Source: Mytilus trossulus
Taxonomy: Eukaryota
Reading direction: 5' to 3'
Assembly (NCBI RefSeq): GCF_036588685.1
Contig: NC_086383.1
Span: forward strand, 24,986,001-25,050,000
DNA length: 64,000 nt
Numbering within the stretch: position 1 is the stretch's first letter; each line of letters opens with the position of its first letter. The notes below the pieces were generated by a model. The model was not told where the DNA came from, ran no database searches, and worked only from the letters and a program-made list of their open reading frames with translations. Positions 1 through 10,583 of this stretch are shown piece by piece. The position numbers were made by a program, and so were the translations under genes.

Positions 1-3000
1 ATGATGGAAAGAACATAAAGGACATAAACTATTACCGTACAAAAAAAAGTGTGTTTTTGTCTATAAGTTCATTCACTAAACACATTTTAAGTTATTTTTA
101 AGGGTTAACCTTTTGGTTTTAAATAAAGAAAACAGATGGATATTGTAAAGTTTGTTATTTTATCATTTTCATTTAAAAAAAAACGAAAAAGAAAGGAATA
201 CTTTTTTTGTATTTTCAAGATGATGTAATTTACAACAATAAAGATAAATTATTATTTTAAGCAAGCAACTTTAAAAAAAAAAAGTTTTGTCAGATGAACA
301 TAAATATGTTTTAATAAAGCCTCTACATAAACATAAACTGTTGACAGATATAAGCATAATTATCGGATAATTTTTGAAGCATTGAAATAAAATCGAAGAA
401 CTCCTAAAACCATATCATGTTAACCAAGCCCTACTAACTTCACTGGACCGTTGATGTTCGTATACTTTACTGTAAGATTAATTGGATACATGTCCACCAA
501 TCAAAATTCTCTATCTTATTTTTCTGACAAGTATTTTACACAAATTTTTTTTAAGGGTACCAAATAATGATAATGTATAGTTTAATTTTAAAAATCTTTT
601 ATAAACTATTAAATAAAAAAAAAACAATTTCCATTTTATCATATTGGAGCTGATACTTGAATTCACAAAATTTTAAGCTTTTTCCCAAATAGTTAAATTT
701 TCGCGTTATTATGTGAAAATGTATATGCTTTTTAAAAATTACATTACATAAGAATGTGAAGTATGATTGCCAATGAAAGATAACTATCGCCCAAAGACTA
801 ACTACAAACACATTGAAGGAACGAAATGACAATGCCAATGAGAAGCCCTTCGAGACGTATTTTGGGTTTTATTTTCTATTCACAAGTTTGGATGAATGTT
901 TTACGCATGATCTCGGGTAAAATCCCGAGAATAAAATACAAGATAATGTGTTCAACATCAGTTATAAAAGAATTACTTTTTTATATGCAGAAATTTATAA
1001 CCTTTCAAATATGTTTTACATGTAGCGATGTAAAATTCACATATTACTACTTTCAAGTCTATTCTTGTTATGTTTTATTTATTTATTTTAGTTTTAATTA
1101 TTTGAAAATCGACGGACATAATGCATAAATAACTTAAACAAAACATAACCTAAACTATGAAAATATGGTGTACAGTCATAGGACAAAAGTGAGTTCCCAT
1201 TCAAAAACAGTTTTATCATTTCAACTAAAATCGATTTCAAAAAAATTGTTCAAAGTGACTTTTTGAATGATTTTCATATAATAGATACCATAAGATGTAG
1301 AAATGTCAGAAGTTTAATTGTTTATTGTGTCATAACTTTTGTCAGGGATGTTATCATTATCTAATGGGTAAAACACAAATGCAAATTTTATGATTTTAAT
1401 TTGGTTAGAATACATGACAAACTTTTCCAGAATTTTTTTTCTCTGAGTTCACCTAGTCAGAAAATAAATATGAGCCTGATTAATATCAGGGCCAAATTAA
1501 CAATAAAACTTTAAAAATTTCTGCATATTATTTTGTTTATTTCATATAAATCAGTGGTGTAGTTATTATGAAATATGTTTTTGAAAAATATTGATTTTAG
1601 TTGAAATGATAAGAGAGACATTTATTGAGTGAGAACTTACTTTTGTCCACTGACTGCACTCTTTTAGGGAAAAAAGAACTACATAATTCTAATATATCAA
1701 ATTTTGAAAAGAGACAAAAAATACCTATGGGATAATTCAAATGTATAAACCGACAAACGATTTTAAAAAGCACGAGGTAATAAACAGTATTCAAAATACT
1801 ACATAGAAAACTAAAAATAAAAATTGATCAACAAGAACTTTACCGATATCTGACGTGAACAGAAAAAATTGTTTTCATATATGATTGAAAGGTTAGGATA
1901 ACAAAAACTATTCGTGTACTTAAAAAAAACTTTTTTAAATATATATTTGATGCATCAACTTAAAATATAATATTTGGTGAATCCTTTCATGTACAAATTT
2001 AAGTACTGTAATTACATTAAACTTAAACAAAAAATAAATTTTTCCATATTTTCATCATTTTATTTGCAAAAAAGAAAAGAAAATACTTTAGTTAACATGT
2101 ACTAAAGTTTGTAGTTTCAATTTATTCTGCATATTAACAGCAGTAAACATTAAATATTTTTTAAAGGAAGCAACTTACAAAAGAAAACATTAGATATTTT
2201 TTATTAACACTCATTTTAATATTTTGTTTGATGAAGCCGGCAATTAAAATGAAAGTTGTTGACTAAGTTCGTGTTGCTTATTCTTTAGTTTGATATGCTG
2301 TATCATGTGTACTATCGTTAGTCTGTTTGTCTTTTTCATTTTTTGCCATGGTGTTGTCAGTATATTTTCGATTTATGAGTTTGACTGTCCATCTGGTGTC
2401 ATTCCTCCCTCTTTTAAAAAAGGTTTGATCGCTTGATAATGAAATTCTTTTTAAAATAGCATTTAAATACATGTTATGTAAACTTTAAACCTAAAACAAT
2501 TAATAAACATACAACTATAATTACAACATAGATGAACATAACAGCAAAACATCTTTTGCTTCACATGACCATTGATATTCGCATACTTTAACTCTCTAAG
2601 ATTTCCATAACCAATAGTCCATTTTCAAATTACCGATTTGAATATGTTATTACAAATTTTAAAATAAATGACTTCCCTTTGTCAATTGCAGGCTGGTTTT
2701 TTTTGCCCATACAATGAATAAGTTAAACATCGGCGTTTCAACATTTGTATTATAACTGGTGTCGAAGTGTAGATTTTAACAACAAATTAAATGGATCAAA
2801 AAATTTGAAAAACTTAAAGGTTACACACAAACCGCACAGATAAATTTACTCCTGTCGATCCTCTTTTTACTCCCTAAATTTGATGCTAAAATGTACAACT
2901 GAGTTTACCATACATGATAACAAATTGATGTTTTTCACCTCACTCTTGTTGCATACTTATATGTTATCTGACATGCCATACGATCTAAAGTATATCAATG

Positions 3001-3387
3001 ATAAGATATGCCAGGAGTTATGTTCATTTTTGTAGACTGCACAGATATATGCTACTATTTACTCATAACGCTTACGACATTTTTCTAAATAAAAAATAAA
3101 GCTTGCTCGGTTCTATAACTCAGGAAGGGTATACTGTAGACAAATCGCGCTATTTCACTTTAAAACTATTTTTTTGTGACTCTTTAAGTAATTGAATCAC
3201 ACAAGTCACAGGTTCAAGATCTCTAAGGTCTTCGTCATGAGTTGGAAAATTAATTGTTGCAGCTTTTCACTTTCTCATTACTTAGAACCATCATATCCTT
3301 CAAATTCATCTGCCATGGTCAACCATGTAAATAAACAACGACCTTTGAAAATTATCAGTTCCCTTTTTCCCTATTCTGTTTTCATTA

Positions 3388-3538
3388 AAAGAAGAACGAA
3401 ATATACCAGAGGGACTGTCAAACTCATAAATCGAAAATAAACTGACAACGCCATGGCTAAAAATGAAAAAGACAAACAGACAAACAATAGTACACATGAC
3501 ACAACATTGAAAACTAAAGAATAAACAACACGAACCCC
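3388..3538 (+). repeat. Abundant short interspersed repeat (aagagggacgaaagataccagagggac family)
   Basis: Related copies on both strands at ~2268-2415(-), 7290-7445, 9828-9990, 18697-18870, 19958-20095(-), 25829-25973 and in the duplicated blocks. It is the source of many spurious ORFs. Confidence 0.75.
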
Positions 3539-4265
3539 AATATGACAATTGTATTACTTTGAATATATTTTGAAAAAACAGTCGGAAGATATCAAAAGGA
3601 CAATGAAAATTCAATAGACCAATAAAACCATGACAAAACAAGGAGAAACGACGAAAAGACAGTGTATAAAACACTAAAGAGAAAACTAAAGATCAGGCAC
3701 CATGAACTTGAAGATAATGTTATCTAGACTTTTGTTTCATACATAACTAACATTGTTGTTTTCATAAATGATGAAAATGATGCAATTATAAACAATTACA
3801 ATATCCCAGAGTTTTTATATCTTTATAACGAAATTTGTTTTGCATTAGACAAAATATTATACTCTTTTTTCAGGTACAAATTTTAGTATTTACTTTAAAC
3901 TTTAATAAAAACTAAGTGTTTCCTTATTTTTATTATTTTCTTAAAAAGAAAAAGATAAAGTTTGATAAAAATGCTCTAAATTATTATTTAAAGGAAACAA
4001 CTTTTAACAAATATTTTTTTGTTTGCCGAAAACAGTTTACTTCGCAACTCGTTTGAATACTTTTTTTAGTAATGAAATAAATTTGTTGACAATATTTACC
4101 AATGATCGCCTGATAATAAAATTTAAAAATAGCACTAAAATACACACAAAAGACATTAAATAAAAACCTAGCCCTTCTGACATGAATTAACATAACATCA
4201 GTTAAAATCTTATCAACATTTTGCTTCAGTGGACAATTGAAATCCGCAAACGCTCACTCTTATTT

Positions 4266-4374
4266 TGATTGGATATAATATCCACCAATCACAATTCTCC
4301 ATCCAGTATAAATACAACGAACCGCGCTTAATTCAAATTATCAACATATTCAGCAGCAACGATATTGATCCAAG
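4266..4374 (+). promoter_or_regulatory. Core promoter of gene A1 (inverted CCAAT pair plus TATA box)
   Basis: ATTGG 4268-4272, CCAAT 4285-4289 and TATAAATA 4307-4314, 68 nt before the ATG. The same arrangement precedes A2 (~30707-30815) and A3 (~51001-51109). Confidence 0.7.
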
Positions 4375-7300
4375 ATGAAAATATTAAGAACATTGGTACG
4401 TATCTATTTCTATTTTAATTCATATATTATTCTATAGAAATTGTTTTATAGTTATAACTGATTTTTGAATATGATATTTGAACATAATATGTTAACTTTA
4501 CATACTAGTGCCTCTAATTCTCATGTTCAAAATGGTTCTTCATAAGTATTTCATTTATTCATTTTTATTTTTATTTTTTAGTATTTATTGACCTCTCGTT
4601 TACTTGATAATGCAATTATTTTCTTACACTATTTATTTATATCTTTATTTTTGTATTTTTCAATTATTTTTTTTTACCATTTATATATTTTGATTATTTA
4701 TCTATGTATCTATGCCATCATCTTTAAATGGTAAGCAATCAAGCAAAGGACATTTAAAAACTACTGATCATTTGTCAAGTTCCATTTGCAATGTTTGATC
4801 TAATTCAGATATGGTACCTTAGTCATATTCATTGTTTGTGGAGAAAAAAACGCAGGTTTTTGGCATTAAAAACACCCTCTGTGCAAAAAGCAGTACGACA
4901 CTTAGATTCGTAAGACTTTTAAAAAACTAAAAATTGTCCGTCAACATCCATTTGAACATTGAATTGTCATTTCATAAAACTAAAGTTAAGTTTGTATACA
5001 TGGTTTTTTTTTGTTTTTTTGTTTTATCTTTGGTGATTTCACATTTGTGCTCTGAAAAAAGGTGCAAACGAAGTAAACTGTATTTGATAAATGCATATTA
5101 AAATGCAGGTGCTTGTTGACATAATTGATTTGTATTATCAATACCTTCGTTTTTTAGGTATTCTTCTGTGTCTTGGCATATGGCTTCTGCCAAGAAGAAG
5201 ACCAATGTGATTCTCAGTATAATGATGATATTCTAGCAGGATTTGATTTCGATGATGCCGATAAATACCCTGAGTGAGTTAGCTTCACCTATGATGTTTT
5301 GTCTTATCATATGGCGTTTATATATCAATTAATCTTTGTTTCTTTAAAATGTTCTTAGTCTTATCAATTATACTTCAAGAAACTGATTTATAAATGATTT
5401 GGTATATATATCATATTTTATAAAATAAAGTAATTCCGAGAATCCCGTATCACGATGAAATTTTTTTTATCTCTTTTATCAACCATTTTCTACATACGAA
5501 TGCAAATGAATTTCAAACAATTTACGACTTTTCACTTTTAAAAAAAAATTAATGCATGGTCCTCCATTTTCTACATAAGAAAATGGGGAAAGATCCGTTT
5601 GCGCCAAAAATGCGTCCTTTTGTGCCACAATTTTTTTCTCCAATTCTCCAATGCTACGTTTGCGCCACCTGTTTTAAAATTACATGGTATAATTTACGCC
5701 AATAATAAAACATACGATTGCGCCAATTAGAAGAAAAATGACTCTCCTCCTCCTTTATTCGGACTTGGAACCGGCAGTTTACATGGCAAATGTGTCCTTT
5801 TCTGAAACATACTTTCTTCTTTCTGCTGATGAATGGGTACTTCCTTATATGAGGTATGTAGTGGCTTGTAACTTCACTTTATTGTCCAGAAAAATAAAAA
5901 AATGAAGGATGAAATGCATACGACAGTTCATAATAATTATCCGTGGAATGCTTTTGCTTCATTACTTGTACGTCTTGCGGAAGATAGAGTTTCAGGCCGG
6001 ATGATGGAAACAAAGCACGGTGTCATCAACATATTTGGATAAAACATGATCAGCAAAAGCTTCTGTTTTCTTCTCTTTTGGCATATCGTGTATTTAATAT
6101 TCAGCAAAGCAATAAGTTTTATTCTCTCTCTGTACATGGACTGTCTATTGCATTTTAAGTAATTTATCTCTTGATGCTCATCTTCATTGTGAAATATCTC
6201 CGACCATCTGATACTGTTTAAGCCAAAAATAAATTTACATATTGATCATTAATATTTATAATTATAGATATTTGTACAGGTAAATTGGCGCAAATGAGTT
6301 CCGATTATTGGCGCAAATGATACATTTGGAAAACAAAATTTGGCGCAAATGATACCCCTGAAAAACAGTAATTGGCGCAAAAAGACTGCTTCCATGCTGA
6401 TATATTTGTGATGTTGATTAAGCTTGATTACTCTAAATCTTATTCTATTGTAGGGGTGAAATAGCTGGGGCGGAAAGAGAACTTTCTAAACAGAATGCAA
6501 GAGATTATGAGCAGTTAAAGAGTGACAAAGACGCTGCACAAAGCCTCATTTCTTTTAATTCCAAAGAGCCGTGGATCGCACCACCGTAAGATAAATATAT
6601 TACCATATGCATTATTTTAATTGATTTTCACATTCATGCTTAACTCTGGACCACATTTGTATGCCCCTACTACGATAGTAGAGGGTGCTGTGTTTTTTGG
6701 TTTGTGCGTACGTTCGTTCGATCGTCCGTCTGTCCGCTTCATGTTCACGTTTTTTATCAAGGTAGTTTTTGAGGTAGTTGACGTCCGAACAGCTTGAAAC
6801 TTAGTACACATGCTCCCTATGATATGCTTTTTTCTAATTTTAATGACAAATAAGAGTTTTTATCCCAATTTCACGGTCCATTGAACATAGAAAATGAAAG
6901 TGCGAGTGGGCGTCCGTGTACTCTGCACACATTTTTGTTTTGAAATTTTACCTGGAAGTGTCTTCGTTCTTGTATTGTTTTATTAAGGTCCTTTAATAAT
7001 GACATAAATTACTGATAGAACACAAAATAGTTCTGCTATTAAAAGCTCAAAATCATTGCTTTCAATGGTAGGTACACGCTGTATTTGGCAAAACTTTTAG
7101 GAAATTTTGGTCTTGCACTTCAACTTTGTACTTTATTTGGCCTTATAAAAGTTTTTGATTCGAGGGTCACTGGTAAGTCTTTTGAATACAAACCGTGCGA
7201 CTGGTGTAAATACTAAATTTCTTTACATCATATAAATATATGTATATATTTGATTTGATATGAATTATAGAAATAAAAACTCAATAAAAGAGAGGCGAAA

Positions 7301-8719
7301 TGTATCAGAATTAAATTCAAACTCATAAGTCGAAATGAAACCGACATTACTATGGAAAAGAAAAAAACACCCCCAAAAAACGACTAACAAACAAACACAG
7401 GAACACAAAAAAATAAAGAAAACTAAAGACTGAGCAACAGGTACTCTACCAATGTAGGTGTGCTGCTTCTTTGTCTCCTTCAGACTTTCAAAATTGGTCA
7501 CATTGCTTCTAATTCTAACAAAATCAACTTGTACTGTATTATTATCATGTTCCTTTTTCAGTGATAAATATTTCACATTTTCTCGGGCTTTATATTTATA
7601 AATATATTTGATATCTATCGGAAAGTTGTCTTATTGGCGTTTATACCAACTCTTCTTATTTTCAAATTTGATTTTTAGACAACCTGCTGGAGCATCGATG
7701 TGTGAGTCTAAGTTCAGATCATTGAATATTGGTAAAACATTTTGGTATTATGGGGAAAAGTGTTACGTGCTGAAACCCTGGTGGAATACTGTTTTTACAG
7801 CTATAACGTATGCTGACTGCAAGTAAGTTATCAATTATTATCTTACCTCCTATACATTTCTAGGAATATGATTGGTTAAAAGCGTCCTCGTGGAAACCGT
7901 GTATATTTAATATCAGGTTATTTGGGAGGCGGGGCATATTTCATACACGGTTAGTCAATTAGTATTAACCTTCAAATTATGTAAATATACTTATGTTTTT
8001 TCTTGTTTGAGTGGTTAAAACTAGTCATTTGTTGTGCCCTTGCTGTTCGGTGTGAGCCAATGCTCCGTGTTGGAGACCGTATTTTGACCTATAATGGTTT
8101 ACTTTTAAAAATTGCGACTTAGACGGAGATTTGTCTCATTGGCACTTATACCAGATCTTTTTTATCTTTTTATGATAAGGTTCCTTACTCTTAGACATCA
8201 CTGGTTCATATTTGATCCAATACCTTTTCCAGAATGACGAGTTGTCTTTGTCAACACTGTTGTAATCCTTGAAAGATAAACAAATCGTATATTGGTTTCA
8301 AGAATTTTCATTATTGTAACATAGGACATCCTGAATCAATGACCACAATGTTTTGGTGTATTGATAACAAATCTACACAGAATGCTTTCATAAATACAAA
8401 CTACTTGACCCATAATTGTTAACACACATTGTGACTTGGGAGGAGAGTTGTCTCATTGGCATTAATTCATACCACATCTTCTTATTCATACTTTTCTCAT
8501 TTCAGACCACAATATTGTAAGAATGTTCCTTGCATGTCCTGGATGTTCCCATACAGATATAAGTGTGTACAAAGCAACTATAAAATCTTCAACATTTGGC
8601 TTTACTGTCCACAACCATTCCCACGTATACACAGACTACAACTGAAAGCTCCACAATGTTGTGAATGCAGGAAATTCAAAGCACCTTGGATTGCATTGGA
8701 AGATTTAACCAAAGAGTAG
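4375..8719 (+). CDS. Secreted Spaetzle-like cystine-knot protein, type A, copy 1 (208 aa, 5 exons)
   Basis: Exons 4375-4395, 5158-5273, 6454-6585, 7679-7822, 8506-8719, all GT..AG, phases 0,2,2,2, 627 nt open. Protein: MKILRTLVFFCVLAYGFCQEEDQCDSQYNDDILAGFDFDDADKYPEGEIAGAERELSKQNARDYEQLKSDKDAAQSLISFNSKEPWIAPPQPAGASMCESKFRSLNIGKTFWYYGEKCYVLKPWWNTVFTAITYADCKPQYCKNVPCMSWMFPYRYKCVQSNYKIFNIWLYCPQPFPRIHRLQLKAPQCCECRKFKAPWIALEDLTKE*. It has a signal peptide, an acidic pro-region with a YP motif, and a 10-Cys domain with Spaetzle-type motifs (MCES, CVQxxY, PQCCEC). The family label comes from motif recognition only. Confidence 0.9.
5585..6393. mobile_element. Putative non-autonomous DNA transposon in intron 2 of gene A, with inverted subterminal TTGCGCCA/TGGCGCAA repeats
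   Basis: Several TTGCGCCA motifs at the left end and four TTGGCGCAAA at the right end. Copies occur at 52328-53132 and, truncated, at ~31945-32628. Inverted, internally deleted relatives lie at ~60810-61130 and ~16157-16384. Confidence 0.6.
6656..6941 (+). mobile_element. DINE-1/HINE-like (Helentron-associated) element in intron 3 of gene A (also 33034-33309, 53538-53814)
   Basis: T-rich flanks, subterminal inverted ATGCCC...GGGCAT (clearest in A2/A3), a 5' palindrome ctactacgatagtag, an internal cgtccgtctgtccg microsatellite and a 3' stem-loop tgtgtactctgcacaca. Confidence 0.65.
7077..7220 (+). mobile_element. Decayed retrozyme-like fragment in intron 3 of gene A (also ~33434-33578, ~53937-54083)
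   Basis: gctgtatttggcaaaacttttaggaa...gagggtcactggtaagtcttttgaatacaaaccgtgcg matches the family body with an eroded hammerhead. Confidence 0.6.
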
Positions 8720-8875
8720 AGAAATGAGCATGTACTTTAAGTTTGAATCAGAAACTACAAGAAATTCAACTGCATATTGTGACGAAGACATTATTTTCGA
8801 ATATTGTTTTTAGATATGACATGTTTTGAAGAAAAAAAAACATGTAATTTTTCTTCACTTATTATATCAGTACTT

Positions 8876-9145
8876 AATAAATAAAAAGATTTTTGTTCAA
8901 TTATATTACTTGAAACTGTTATTATTGAAATTGCCTCTAAACACTTCTCTAGTATATCTTGCCTGATTATACCACCTTTGCACTTCAAAGCAAAATCATT
9001 GGAACCAACCTTATCGCATTTCATGAACTAATATAGAAAAAAAATTTACTATTTCTTCAAGTATTTCAATTACAATTCATTATTGTTTTATATAATTTCA
9101 TGTATGTTTGTAAGTAATTATCATTGTTTTTAAAATAAGAATAAA
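8876..9145 (+). terminator. Candidate polyadenylation signals of A1
   Basis: AATAAA at 8876-8881 and 9140-9145 downstream of the stop. This is weak evidence in AT-rich DNA. Confidence 0.35.
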
Positions 9146-9340
9146 GTTCTTTCAATCTGGTATATACTGGCATGTTTAATTTGTCTCTAAAAAGCATGTT
9201 ATTACCTTAAATTTGCCATCACCAAGACGGTTCCTGGATTTATAAACTGTTTATAAAACGAAAGAGAAGATCACGGTACTAAGAACCAAAAGTCAAATAA
9301 AATCGTAATGCCCTATGACCAAAATAAAGAACGTCGGGTT

Positions 9341-9459
9341 AGCTGTCTTTGGCAAAACTTTTAGAAATTTTGGTCCTCAATGCTCTTCAACTTCGTACTT
9401 ACCAATCGCGCGTCTGGCGTATATGCTAAATTTGGTCCTGGTATCTGTGATGAGTTTAT
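9341..9459 (+). mobile_element. 5'-truncated, internally deleted retrozyme-like insertion
   Basis: Absent from the paralogous site at ~56843 (gtcgggttttctatg). Keeps cgcgcgtctggcg and the family 3' end gatgagtttatt. Confidence 0.6.
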
Positions 9460-10583
9460 TTTCTATGAATACTACGACTAAAGATTGGGAAAAACACGAA
9501 TCCAACCAACAAAAAAGGGCTTCCTTTCAACACTATACAAATGAAACTAAACATTGAAAACCCCAGGGATGAACTCATGTCTACAATTTGGAAATTAGTA
9601 TGGCGTTCATTATCACTGAACTAGTATAATATTTGCTAAGGGGCCAGCTGGAGGGCGCCTCCGGGTGCGGGAATTTCTCGCTACATTGAAGACCTGTTAG
9701 TGAACTTCTTCTGTTGTTTTTTATATGGTCGGGTTGTTGTCTCTTTGACTATTTCCCCATTTCCATTCTCAATTTTATCTTCTGCAGGAAGTTGCAGTTC
9801 TTGCTCCATTAGTGATATTTAGTAAAATAGAGGCGAAAGATTCAAGAGAGACATTCAAACTTATAAGTCGAATACAAACTGACAACGCCATTGCTAAAAC
9901 AAACACCAACATACAATTGATAGTACATAAAAAATAGAATAGAAACTAAAGATTTAGCAGCACGAATATCATCAAAACCTATAGGGTTGAACGCATGTGC
10001 TCTGAAAGGGAAAGCAGATCATGTTCCATGTGGCACCCGTCGTGTGGCTCATGTTTGTACAAACACGGTACTAGGTATAATTTGGGAGGTCAGATGTGTG
10101 AAAAGGAAACCTGCATATGACGCTCAAAGGTAACTGAACGAATACATTGTCCTCTTGAAGTACTGCTGTAAAGTTGCTTTTTATATTATTTGCACTTTTT
10201 TTTATCAAAAGAAGCAGTTTCTATCACAAATGATATCTAACGTATCTTATATATTTATTTCAAACTTGGAAAGATGTCTGTTTGTCAAAATTTAATACCA
10301 TACTCATGTGAAAAAAGAGGTCTCATTCGCAATTTTTTTTTTATCAGAATGCTAAAAAAAATTATCAGGAAATGAAAATGTTATTAACTTCGTCTCATTA
10401 ATTATAAAAGCTTATAAAAGTACCAGCAATGTATTACTATTCCAGTTTCCGGATCATCAAATCATGGAGTGAAATAAAAGAGTTCGGTTTTTTTCTTATT
10501 CTTTTTCTGGACTATTTTTTTTTTTATTAAATCTAAATCAAGGAACACAAAGTCCAGGAGTTGCCGTTAGTTGCTATTATATA

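Noticed and set aside
3192-3674. 82-aa and 122-aa ORFs recurring three times
   Set aside because: They recur only because of the segmental duplication and overlap a dispersed repeat. They show low-complexity F/C/L bias and no recognisable domain.
4375-8719. Specific gene symbol (spz, neurotrophin, trunk/PTTH, mfp-15)
   Set aside because: Only family-level motifs are recognisable; orthology needs a search and a phylogeny.
9669-9679. NF-kB-like site GGGAATTTCT
   Set aside because: It lies inside a dispersed repeat downstream of A1 that is absent from the other copies.
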